This document shows positions 49,351-60,482 of a stretch of DNA of 64,000 nucleotides, piece by piece (the first letter of the stretch is position 1; each line of letters opens with the position of its first letter). The notes under the pieces were generated by a model. The model did not search any database. It was not told the origin of the DNA and saw only the letters and a program-made list of their open reading frames with translations. The stretch spans positions 1,069,702-1,133,701 of the forward strand of contig NW_003314291.1 in the NCBI RefSeq assembly GCF_000143415.4, given 5' to 3'. This DNA is from Selaginella moellendorffii (lineage: Eukaryota; Plantae; Lycopodiophyta). Made by a program: the position numbers and the translations under genes.

Positions 49351-52300
49351 CCACGCTCACAGTGCTCACGTGGAACTGTCGGGGACTCAGCTCTGAGGAC
49401 AGTAGACTCAACAAGAGAGTACAGCTCAAGTCCCACATCCGGGAGATTGGCTTAGAGGGGAGGATCGACATACTGTGCATCCAAGAGCACAAGATGGTGA
49501 AGGCTCCAGACTTCAATTTGGGCATGCACGGGAGAATTTGGTGGAATCCGGCCACGCAAGTGAAAACACGGTGTGGAGGAGGAACAGCGATCATCGTCTC
49601 TACCAAGTGGTCAGCGCAGGTACGTGACCACAGGGTGCTGGTCCCAGGGAAAGCACAGCTGTTGGTCATACACCTACACTTTGGACGTGTTGGGATTGTC
49701 AACGTGTATGCACCCACTCGAAGAAGGGAGCGCGCACAAATGTGGACAGATATCCAGCAGAGCACTCAAGAGGTGGCGGACGAGTGGCTTGTGGTAGGAG
49801 ACTTCAACATGGTGGAGGGTTTGAGTGACCGGCGAGGTTCACTGGAAACCATACAGGGGAGAGAGAGAAAGAATTGGACAGCGCTAGTCGAAGCCTTGGG
49901 AGTCTTGGACCGCCAGCACGCAGAGGGGTTCGCTGCACACTCTCACCCATTCACGAGACGCCAATCGACAGGGTGCCAAGCTCGACTGGACAAGATTTAC
50001 GCTTCCACCAGGCTGCGACAAGACGGAGGGGGACTCAAGACGTGGCCCGCGTTTGCCACCTTTTCAGACCACGACCCACTCCGAGGCATTCTCAAGCTAC
50101 AGGCAGTGAAAGGAACAGCGGTGCAAAGGAAGATCACCAAAGCCACAATGGTCGACCCGGTAGCAGTGAAGCTCGTCCAGGAAACACTAGACAGCAGCAA
50201 AGGGGAACTTGTCTTGGCACTAGGCACTTGCTCCACTAAGCTCCGGGAAAGGCAAGCGGCTCTCAAAGGGGAAGTCCTGAAAGAGGTGAGACTGGCGAGA
50301 CAAAAGGTGGCGGCGGCTCAGAGAATGGTACTACATGCAAACGACAAGGCCAGATGGACAGCAACACTGGATGAGAGGGAAGCAGAGCTGCGGGACAAAG
50401 AATATGCAGCATGGAGTGCCGGACTCCGATCCATGGAGGATAGCTGGGTGATGAATGAACGGCTTCTCAACAAAGCATTCTACAAAGGGATCCGTCCAGT
50501 CACCGACTCCCCCCCGATCCTAGGACTGAAGAAGGACGATGGAGAAGTGGTCGAGGACCAACAGGGAATGCAGGGGCTGGCCCAGGAGTTTTACCAGAAG
50601 CTGTACACGGCCCAGCCCTGGTCCCCGGACAGGAGAGACGCCGCAGGCAGAGTGCTGTCTACTCTTCCACGCAGAGTTCCTGGCGAGTACCTGGAGATGT
50701 TGGTGGCCGACTTTTCATTGGAAGACCTCCATCGGGCCCTGGAGCAGCTGAACGATGACAAGATGCCAGGTATGGACGGCCTCCTTCCGGCATTCTATGA
50801 GGAGTATTGGGACGACGTTGGCCTGATGCTCCTAGAGACATGGCGAGACGCACAGAAAACAGGGATGCTGCCAGGAGAGATACTAGAGGGACAAATCGCA
50901 TTGATTCCGAAACGGGGTGACTTCCAGGAACTCAGGAACTGGCGCCCCATAACCATGCTCAACACGTCGTACAAGATATACGCAAAGGCGATGGCACTCA
51001 AGCTGCAACTAGTCATGCCCCTCATCATCAGAGAACAGCAAACTGGATTTGTGCCGGGACGACAGATCGCAGAAAACATATGGACATACCTCCTGGCACA
51101 GAGGTGGGCAAACGTCTCAAATCAACAGATTGTAGCATGGCTACTAGACTTTGAGAAGGCCTATGATCGAGTTGATTGGGACTTCTTGGAGGATTGCATG
51201 TGGAGGATAGGGATCCCGGCAAGGACTGTCTCGCGTATTTCACTTCTCTACAGGGGAGCTGCAAGCCGGGTCACACTGAATGGAGAGATAGGCCCGATCT
51301 TCCACTTGGGACGCTCAGTGAGACAGGGATGTCCACTCGCCCCCTACCTGTTCCTGATAGTAGCAGAAACACTGGGCTCTTTCCTCGCGCATGGAGAGGA
51401 TGTAAAAGGCCTCGTGCTGCCCTCTGAACGGCTACAACTCCCAGGAACTCAAGTTGTGACACAAGAGCTGCAAGACGGGGCATTTGCAGATGACACCGCA
51501 CTCTTTCTACTTGCCACCCCGAGGAATCTGGACGCAGCAAGGTCCAAGCTGGAGATCTTCAACAGGGCAGCGGGGGCAGCCATAAACTGGAACAAGTCAG
51601 TAGGCGTGAACTGGGGAAAGCCAGGCATTGAGACTTGGGGACAGGAGATAGGCTTTCAGTGGCTTCGCCTTGGCGAAGACACTCGGTACCTCGGCATCCA
51701 GGTTGGGACCCGGTACAATGCGGCTACACAGGATGACACGCTTCTCAGGAGGATCCGGACCGCAGTTCAGAAATGGACACCGAGGAAACTCGGACTCCCA
51801 GCCCGGATTGTAGTGGTCAAGAGTGTGATCCTCCCTAGCATCTGGTACCACCTCTCGATTTGGCCGGTGCTGGAAACTACACTGCAGAAGGTGAGACAGA
51901 TGGTGTGGACCTACGTATGGCGTGGAGCATTGGCTACAGGGCGAACCATGGCCAAGGTGGCGTGGCAATCTACAGCGAGGCCGCGCATTCTAGGGGGGCT
52001 GGGGATCATTGACCCCAGTGACATGGCAAAGGCGATGAGGTACAAGATTTTTCTCATGGGCTTGCAACAGGGGAGACAGCCGTGGCGGCTCATGTTCCGG
52101 CAGAGCCTCCTAGCGATACGCCCCAAACACAATGCAGCCAAACCGTGGGAGGAGGACCCACGGTGGCTCTTCGCAGAAGGACCGACGCAGGTAGTGAGGG
52201 GGGGCAACTTCGTCCAGAGCCTTCATCGACTGTGGAGAGCCTTTCCGCTAGAGCAAACACCACCGACCAGGGCCGAGGAGTGGCTCAACCAGCCTTTGTT

Positions 52301-53260
52301 TTTCAACGCACTGTTCAAAGAGGGAGGTGTGACACTAGGACGAGAGACACACCACACGATCTGGAGGAAAATGCACGCAAATGGATTCCGGACAATGAAG
52401 CAGCTGACGGGAGTGATTGACAGGGATTGGTGGCGAACAGCGAGAAGGACTCAAGTGTTTGGACCTTGGAAGCGACGTAACATCCTGCTGGACATTCTGC
52501 GACTCCTCCGAGTGGTGAACAACACGAAAGCAGGGACGAAGTGGCCGAGAAGATGCCTTCAAGCAGGGGACTTTGTGGCGATCCAGCGGCAAACAGAGTG
52601 GGAGGAACACGATGCTGTGCGACGTCCGCTAGGGACGTGGACTCGAGCATTCACCGCACCTACACCAGCATGGGAAGAAGGGGATGTTGAGGTGTGGTTC
52701 GTTGCTGCACCAGAGCTCAACATAGGACTGCTGTTTCGCATCACGAGAGGAGACACGCTTCTCCCGATGGGTGAGAGACAAGAGATGCCGGACGTCACGG
52801 ACGATGAGGTACGTGGGAGGATTCGTGTGCTTAGGCACTCACCCAAGAGGCTGGACGTGGTGGACTCGGAAGACCTGCTGGAGGGCGATGGATCACTGAT
52901 ATGGTGGCGACAGCAGCTACTAGAAGATCTGGACTGGGACCCTGCTGCATGGCGACGAGGGACAGGAAGCTTTTTCTCCTATGCAGTCAAGGAAGCGCGG
53001 AATGGACTACTGACATCACGAGAGGAGGCGAGAGAGGAGATTCCGAAGCTGTGGCAGAAATGGATAGCACAGGGGGTCGGCGCGGAGCAAGTGGTGGACA
53101 ACACGATTCACTTCTGGAAGTTGCCCGTGCAGGAAAAAGTGAAAGTCACCTCGTGGTTGGTAGCAAACAATGGACTTCCGGTTGGACAGCGATTCCAGGA
53201 CGACGCGAGTCGCAGGTGCAGGGAGTGTGACAAAATCGAGACAGTCAAGCATGCACTATG
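49347..53260 (+). CDS. LINE ORF2: APE endonuclease, reverse transcriptase, C-terminal Zn finger (interrupted)
   Basis: TWNCRGL, CIQEHK, VGDFN, FSDHDP; NWRPITML, LDFEKAYD, VRQGCPLAP, FADDT, RYLG; CREC...ETVKHAL is cut exactly at the TIR. Confidence 0.95.
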
Positions 53261-54466
53261 AAGCTCTATTTCGTTAAAGTGGGATTTATTCAGTAAAATG
53301 GGACTGGGTACAAATTTTCAAGTATTTGAAAATGACGTGAAATTATATGTTTTTTGTCCAGGGGCTAGACATATCTGGGGCATGGTGACTAGCGCGGTGA
53401 CCTTATGTCCAGACTGAGTCCATCTAGTTGTATAATAAATCTCATTGTCAAGGTGAACAAGCCGAATCTGAAGCTAAAGAAGAGCGATGGCATGCGCGCA
53501 CACACTATTTGTTTGTTCATTGAGCGTGTGGTGAGCTTTCCAAGATGAACATCATTCCTATTAGCCAGACATATAACTTAATGGTGAGAACATTTAGATA
53601 TTATTCAATGTTATCTTTTTCTAACGAATCTAATTGTGAAGGTGTAGCAAGAGGCATTGCTAGTCTGGAGAAGTCATTTAACTCATTTGACCCTTAGTGT
53701 ATTTTCATGAAACTAAATAACATTCATATTATTAAGGAATTTCTCTAGTACCTTTTTTTTACGACATAGAGGCTTGCATTTCTTTCAAAGGTGATTTAGT
53801 AAAAGGCCTGAGGGCACATGCCATTCTATTTCTCAGACCGGTATTAAGATATACTAGTGCAAAGGGAAAAAGGTATTTGGTGATCAAGTAAATGGCATGA
53901 GGGCACACGCCATTATAAGCCTAAGCGCTAGTGGACACCTCCTTTTTGGTACTCTCAGCGGTACTATCATCCTTCTCCGGGTCAGTTGTTTTGCTTTGGA
54001 TTGTTGTCTCTGACGTTACTGGGGCGTTCTCGATAGTTGTTAATGTTGCCGTTTGTTCAGAAAAATGATCACCTGGAGTATAGTACGGGGAGTTTGGAAG
54101 ACTTATATATTCTACATCTTCACCTATCTCCTTCTCCGTCTCCTTTTCTGCCTCACTTACAGATTTTGTGCTTGCCATGAGAACGCTCTTCACCCTAAAA
54201 TATGGAGTTCGTTGTGTTATAAAAGGAAACCAACACACACGCTGCAAGGGAATGATGGTACATAAAGCACGTAAGCCCACAATATGGGTTTATGTGCCAT
54301 TAATATGGGCCACACGCCATATTATTAGATTTATGCACGTGTGATTGGTAAATGCATATGTCACATCATCTTTGTTTTACCTCACACACTATATCAAGCC
54401 TCCTCTGATTCAGATTCGGATTGTTCACCTTGAAATAAAATACATTAGAAACTTTGTAAAGGAATA

Positions 54467-57400
54467 TTAATGAATCTCACCTTGAACCCGAGTTATGAAT
54501 GCTCTTGCTGCATCTCTTGCATGGTCTGGCAAGGTGATGGTGGCACTCTGCTTCCGCATCCAACCATGCACAACATTATCCACCGATATGCTCATGCTGG
54601 GATCCCTTGGATTCAGCACCCATCTCTTTTCTAGGCAATCCTTCGTATATCCGGAACTTGGCTTGAACCACTCCACAGTTACATTGAAGGAGTTAGTTTC
54701 CGCGTCCTCCTCTGCATCAGTGATGCAGCGCCCCACCCATATCATTTGTTTTTTATTACTGGGTCTGACAAGCACGACCATTCCTTTGCAGACCTGTACT
54801 GGATTGAATGCTGAATCCGGCTTCTTGTTCCTCGGCCCACAATAGTGATCCTCAACATCGTTATCTGTCACTGCATTTCCAGAGGACATTGTTCCGCTAC
54901 TATCTGGTGCTCTGGGTTCTGGCCAAAAGGACTCTTCCAATTCTTCATATACAACCGGCCCATTTTGGATAGCAGATATAATCTTTTCCCAGTATTCGAG
55001 CAAAGGCTTGCACCTCTGAAAATAGGATTCTCCACCAAACACCAACCCCCTCTTCCAGAAGGCAATATGCTGTCTAATCCCGGCCACTATACTTTCCTGG
55101 TCTTTGAGTCCATCCGGGTGCATCGGCCGTGGGGAACCCTGAGGAATCATAGGTTCCCCAGTTATGGGATCTCTCTTGAAGAGTTCAATGCCGTCCACTG
55201 GCAGCCACACTGTGTCCCATTCTCTCATCTTGTACCTCATCACTGGAGCACCGTCACACATGCTGAAATGAAACTGAAGAGGCTTGGAGTGGCCAATCAG
55301 CGTTTCGGATCCATCCCTGATGTAGCCTCTTACAAACCCCTTAAAGTCTGGAACCTCTGTCAGAAGTGCAGCTTCAACAGTGCCTTTGATGCAATTTTGG
55401 AATTCATCGTAGAGTTGTGGGAGGGTGAGGACATTGGATCGCCGGAGGGACTCTGCCAGGTGACTGAACATGGCATCGACGTCTTCATGAGTGTGCCCAA
55501 CCATGAGAAAGCCAAGTGTAACCGTTTCAAATATGCCTTTGGCAACAAGCATCGCCAAGTACGCGAAGACGTACATGTTTTTGTTCTCACTGCCAGCATT
55601 GTCTGTTTGGAGCAGAAGATGGGGTGGAAGGCCACATCGGCCGCAAGAACTTCCTTGAGATTCTGCTTCGTTTGGATGAGGCTGTGCATTCACCGGGCGA
55701 CCAGCCTCGTCGAAATGGCATGAGGCCTCACGTGATAACCCTACAATCTGACGGCCAACATATTCACTGGGATGGCATGGGGCCCCACGCGATACTGCAA
55801 GCCTTTGCTCCTCCTCCAGCTGAACCCTGTATGGGGTTCGATCGACAAGGGCCTTATGCAAGGGTTGGCCGTTCAGCTCAGTCTGCGCACTTTGCAGAGA
55901 CCTTAAGTGTTTTGCTAGGGACGCAATCATCATGTTTGCACCCCCGCCACCCCATAGAGGTACAAAGAAGTTCCCATAGTTCTGGGCACCATGCCCATGA
56001 GCGATTATGCCAAACAGAGACACAGGCAGCTGCATGGATGAAGAGATTGCCTTGGGGGCAGGATTGAGTCGAGGTAAGCACGTCTTTTTCTGGTCCATTT
56101 TGTCGTGGATGATGCAGAGGTAAGAGTCAGGTCTCTCCATGGAGAGAATCCTGTTATGATAATATGCAGTCCTGCAGCTTCTCTGCTCGATGTTGTGGTC
56201 GAGCCGCCTTCTAACCAACGTCTCTCGCTCTTGAGCGCTGCAAGAATTCTTCGACAAAGCCATTTTGATAGCAGTGCACTCGTCACACTTTGAAAAGCTG
56301 GAGTACTTTCCTATACTCACATCCTTGAACCTGTTGCTCCACAATCTACTAAATCTAGATTGGCTCAGCTTCCTGTAGCCATTACTCTGGAGTTCCCGAT
56401 TCACATCTTCCAATATGGCCCCCTTGGTATACATGGAAGGGAGAACTCGTTGGGTGTCTCGAGTTCCATCTTCCAAGAGGCGGGTTTTATGTGGTTGCTG
56501 CTCGCTACATGTCTCGACAAACCTCTTGAAGATTGCCTCTCCATATACAACATGACCCCTGGTTTTGTGCGTACCGTCGTTCCCATGGACTGCCTGTTGA
56601 ACCCTTTGTTCCTCGAACTCAGTTTTGATTCTGTAGAATGTGCTTCGAGGGACTCCATAAATGATTCTCCATGCCTTCATGCAGACCAAACCCCTCTGGA
56701 AGACCATGCCCCCCACCTGATGTTCTGAAGCATCAACAGATGACCGTAATGCCTCATACACAAAATTGCGAGCTGCCTTCCAGGACAATGTCTTGTATCT
56801 TGCTCTCTCCTCTTCAATAGCATCCCAATCAGCATGTTGACAGCACCTCCTCTTGCAACAAGCAACTGTCGAGACCATTCGAACCTCCATCGCCATTTTC
56901 TGCCTTTTCGGTTCGTTGCTCAGATCCCTTTGGCTGCGCTTTAGGAAGGTGTACTTTCTTTTCCCATGAAGAGATGTTCTGTCATCAGTTGTAGTGGTGT
57001 TTGATTGTGAATCCTTCACATTCTCAAACACTAAGTGCCTCAATTTCCACCGCACAATGCTTCCAATAGTCAGACTGTTTTCTTCTGTGTCAACAACCTC
57101 TAAAATCGCAACTCCAATATCATCCCAGCCCAATTCTTGATTAGCAACCGCATCTCTTGGATCGACAACTGTGGCTAAGCCCTCAGCTACCACCTCCCCC
57201 TCGGGGTTGTTTAGAAACACTTTTGCCTGAATCCATGTAGCACGGTTCTTAAGATCCACGGAGGGAACATGCGTCGCACTTGCGCTGTCCCCAACATCTG
57301 CTTTCTTCTGAAGATTTTTCAAGGCAACAACAACATTTACCCCGACGACCATCTCTCCTCGTTCAATAGCGACCACATTCCCATCGAAGACAGTCTCTAC

Positions 57401-57535
57401 TGATACAGCAGCATTGCCTTCCCCAAGCCTTTCACAGTGTATAACAAAGTTCCGATCCATAGACACAAGGGTCCCTTTTGCAACTCTCTTCCCACCATTC
57501 AAAATGTAAACCTTTTCCCCAACCCTGAAGGCCAT
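54467..57535 (-). CDS. Intact 1022-aa Sola-like DDD transposase (DUF7869-like core)
   Basis: CCxxxC / CxxAW / HGN, KCDEC, IIHDKMDQ, QTDNAGSENKN, VGHTHEDVDAMFS. It has a duplicated N-terminal beta-barrel-like unit and a C-terminal Tudor/SH3-like unit, and is flanked by TIRs with a 4-bp TSD. Confidence 0.82.
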   Translation of the reverse strand: MAFRVGEKVYILNGGKRVAKGTLVSMDRNFVIHCERLGEGNAAVSVETVFDGNVVAIERGEMVVGVNVVVALKNLQKKADVGDSASATHVPSVDLKNRATWIQAKVFLNNPEGEVVAEGLATVVDPRDAVANQELGWDDIGVAILEVVDTEENSLTIGSIVRWKLRHLVFENVKDSQSNTTTTDDRTSLHGKRKYTFLKRSQRDLSNEPKRQKMAMEVRMVSTVACCKRRCCQHADWDAIEEERARYKTLSWKAARNFVYEALRSSVDASEHQVGGMVFQRGLVCMKAWRIIYGVPRSTFYRIKTEFEEQRVQQAVHGNDGTHKTRGHVVYGEAIFKRFVETCSEQQPHKTRLLEDGTRDTQRVLPSMYTKGAILEDVNRELQSNGYRKLSQSRFSRLWSNRFKDVSIGKYSSFSKCDECTAIKMALSKNSCSAQERETLVRRRLDHNIEQRSCRTAYYHNRILSMERPDSYLCIIHDKMDQKKTCLPRLNPAPKAISSSMQLPVSLFGIIAHGHGAQNYGNFFVPLWGGGGANMMIASLAKHLRSLQSAQTELNGQPLHKALVDRTPYRVQLEEEQRLAVSRGAPCHPSEYVGRQIVGLSREASCHFDEAGRPVNAQPHPNEAESQGSSCGRCGLPPHLLLQTDNAGSENKNMYVFAYLAMLVAKGIFETVTLGFLMVGHTHEDVDAMFSHLAESLRRSNVLTLPQLYDEFQNCIKGTVEAALLTEVPDFKGFVRGYIRDGSETLIGHSKPLQFHFSMCDGAPVMRYKMREWDTVWLPVDGIELFKRDPITGEPMIPQGSPRPMHPDGLKDQESIVAGIRQHIAFWKRGLVFGGESYFQRCKPLLEYWEKIISAIQNGPVVYEELEESFWPEPRAPDSSGTMSSGNAVTDNDVEDHYCGPRNKKPDSAFNPVQVCKGMVVLVRPSNKKQMIWVGRCITDAEEDAETNSFNVTVEWFKPSSGYTKDCLEKRWVLNPRDPSMSISVDNVVHGWMRKQSATITLPDHARDAARAFITRVQGEIH

Positions 57536-60482
57536 TCTGAAAGTGCAGAAAAGAAGTTAAGACCATACAAAAAATGATTGGAGAATGGCCTAAATCATAA
57601 CATACCAAACAACCTCAATAGCATGAGGCCACATGCCATTATTCAAACATGCTATTGACACCCACATGAAATTTCGCATTCACAAAATTGGCATGAGGCT
57701 TCATGCCATCTTGATATACACACAGCTGCAGGCAAGTAAAAACATACATGACAATACGCTAGCCATGAAATTGCAAGGGCCCAAGATGGCATGTGGCCTC
57801 ATGCCATTTCTAAATGTGGTCCTAAGCCATTCCATGGTGAACATACCAGGAAGCACAAGTGCCGAATATCAAGAGGAAGCGGTAGCCACACCAAAGACAG
57901 TGCCGCTCGCAACACCGCAACTACTCGTAGCGCCGCTCGCAACACCGCAACTGCTCGTAGCGCCGCTCGCACAAACTGCCACTCGCATAAACTGCCGCTC
58001 GCAATGGGGCTCGCAATGCCGCAACCGCTCGTAGACGCATAAACCACAGCCCACAACGCCGCTTACACAAGCAGCGCTCACTGCGCTCAGCGGAACCAAG
58101 AACACGGCGCACAAAAATGATAGACCTAGGAATGAGTTCGAGAATTCAAAAATAACACACGCTTGAACGTCACATCAAATCCTCTGACAAACCAGATCTT
58201 ATGATTCCTCTGACAAATTTCAAACTGAGTAGCTTCTAGACTTTGCTGTCGGAGGTTGAACTTTGTCACATCATGTCCTTGCCTCGATCCAGCTGTGCCA
58301 TGTCAGTGATTCGAACTTTGCCATGCCATGTCAGCGATCCGCGCCAAGATTATTCGCCGTGTAAAGGAATAATTACGCTGTGTGTGTACGTCCATTTATG
58401 GCAATATAAGGCCACACGCCATTCAAAGAATAATGCTCGACATAAGGCCACACGCCATTCAAAGAATAATGCTAGTCGAGCATTTTTTGGTGCATTTTTG
58501 GGTTCAAAATTGCATGAGCCCACACGCTATAAAGTTTACCTGTACCAAAAATAGAAACAGCTTTATTTACTTGGGAATTTAAGTGGTTGAGGCATTTTTA
58601 AACTTACAAACACATGCCCTACTTACATTCCTTTGGTTGCCTAAAATTCAAAAATATTATAAACCTTTCTTTTTGCATTTTCAATGTTTTCAATTATGGT
58701 TTTTGATTTTCGTAGGACCAGCCTAGTAATCTATTTGCATCCCGTCATGTTTATAGCTAGCTTTCGTTCGTCCCCTTCACTAGCCTGAGATACATCTGCT
58801 CGGCATCTGCCTCTTACAGCATTTGCCCAGAAAGGGCATCTTTCTTCACGCAGCATTTGCCACATGTTTAGGGTTTAGGGTTTAGCAATTCAGTAGCTTG
58901 ATAAACATGCAAATACAGAACTTGATGCAAAATCCTTTGATATGTCACAATGCCCCTAGGACCATAAACACATTTCAATAGAGAGGGTCCTTTCATTTCA
59001 TAACTCCTTACGTAGATCTTGGTGAAACCAGAGTTAGTGAAGTTAGTTTCTTGTGATCCCGCATCTGATTGTGATGTCCCTTTGCAGTTTCGATGGAAAG
59101 GTCAATGCACACCAAACTGTGAAATCTTGGAGCAAAATAACGGTCGGATCTATGGCAAATGCCCCTGAAACATTGTAAGGCTCGTGTGGTCTCATGTGGT
59201 GTCCGATTGAGATGCTTCTTTGCAGAGTCATCAAGAAAGACATTGTATACCATTCTGTAAAATCTAGTTGTGATCTAACGGTTGGATCTCTAGAAAACTC
59301 AAAAAAATCTCGCGCATGTCAGAATATCCTAGGAATATACTCCTATGTGCCCCTGAAAATGGCATGCGGCCCCACGCCATTCAAGAGATAATGCCAGATG
59401 ACGCCGAGAATTTTTTGGTGCATTTTTTGGGTTCAAAATTGCATGAGCCCACACGCTATAAAGTTTATCTTTGCCAAATAGAGAAAAGTTTATCTGTGTC
59501 ATGTGAGGTAGTTACAGTCCTTTGTGCTCGGCATCTGCCTCTTGCAGCATTTGCACTGAAAGGGAATTTTTCTCCATTCAGCATTTGGCCCTGAAAATGG
59601 CATGCGCCCACACGCCATTCAAGGAATAACGCCACAGGACGCCTGGATTTTTGGGTTTAAAATGTTTAGGGTTTTTTGGGTTTTTTCAAAATATTTTGGG
59701 TCCAACGTTTTTTGGGTTTCTTTGGTTCAAAATTGCATGAGCCCACACGCTATAATATTGATTTGAGAGAAAAATAGAAACAGATAGAATTTCTTTATTT
59801 AGCTGAACATCTGCCATTTTTGGAAATACAAGATGCTTTGGAATATCCAATCATGCATGGTAGAAATATAGCGAGGGTATTAAATGATATCCCAATCATG
59901 ATCTTTCTTTTGGATTTCGCGTGCATGCAGTCCGAGGAATGATGACGTTGCGGATTTCTTTTGGATTTTGCGTGCTTGCATGCGCGCGGCAATCCAGAAA
60001 TTAATGGTGGCGCCCAAGTCCGAGGAATGATGACGTGGCGGGATTACCAACCGTTGTGACATTTCGCGCGTGTGAGGTTAGGTTTTGCATTTTGCTTTGT
60101 ACTCGCGCTCGCACACTCGCGCTCGCGCTCGCATCACACTCGCGCTCCCGCTCGCATCGCGCTCCCACTCGCGATCACGCTCACTTCTCTACAGGTTTCT
60201 CGTGTGCATCGGCGTCCACTCGCGCTTGCATCACACTCGCGCTCGCATCGCGCTCGTGTGCATCGGCGTCCACTTCAAGACACACCCAGTTTGTAACTTC
60301 GCCGCCAACTCCGCCGCCCACTCCACCACCCACACGCAGCCCACTTGGCGTCCCGGGAGATTTCAGCACCACTCTCCAACTATAAGTGGCAGAGTAGCCT
60401 TGCTGCTACGATCCGCTGCACACACAGTGCACATTCGCCAGCGAGTCCGGCCTCGATTGTCACGGCCTCCATTCGGCTTCAA

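Larger units (their letters stand above)
47848..53260 (+). mobile_element. L1-clade non-LTR retrotransposon, 5'-truncated, 3' end displaced by Sola-like copy 2
   Basis: ORF1 + ORF2 architecture, inserted in the RT of Gypsy copy 5. Confidence 0.92.
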
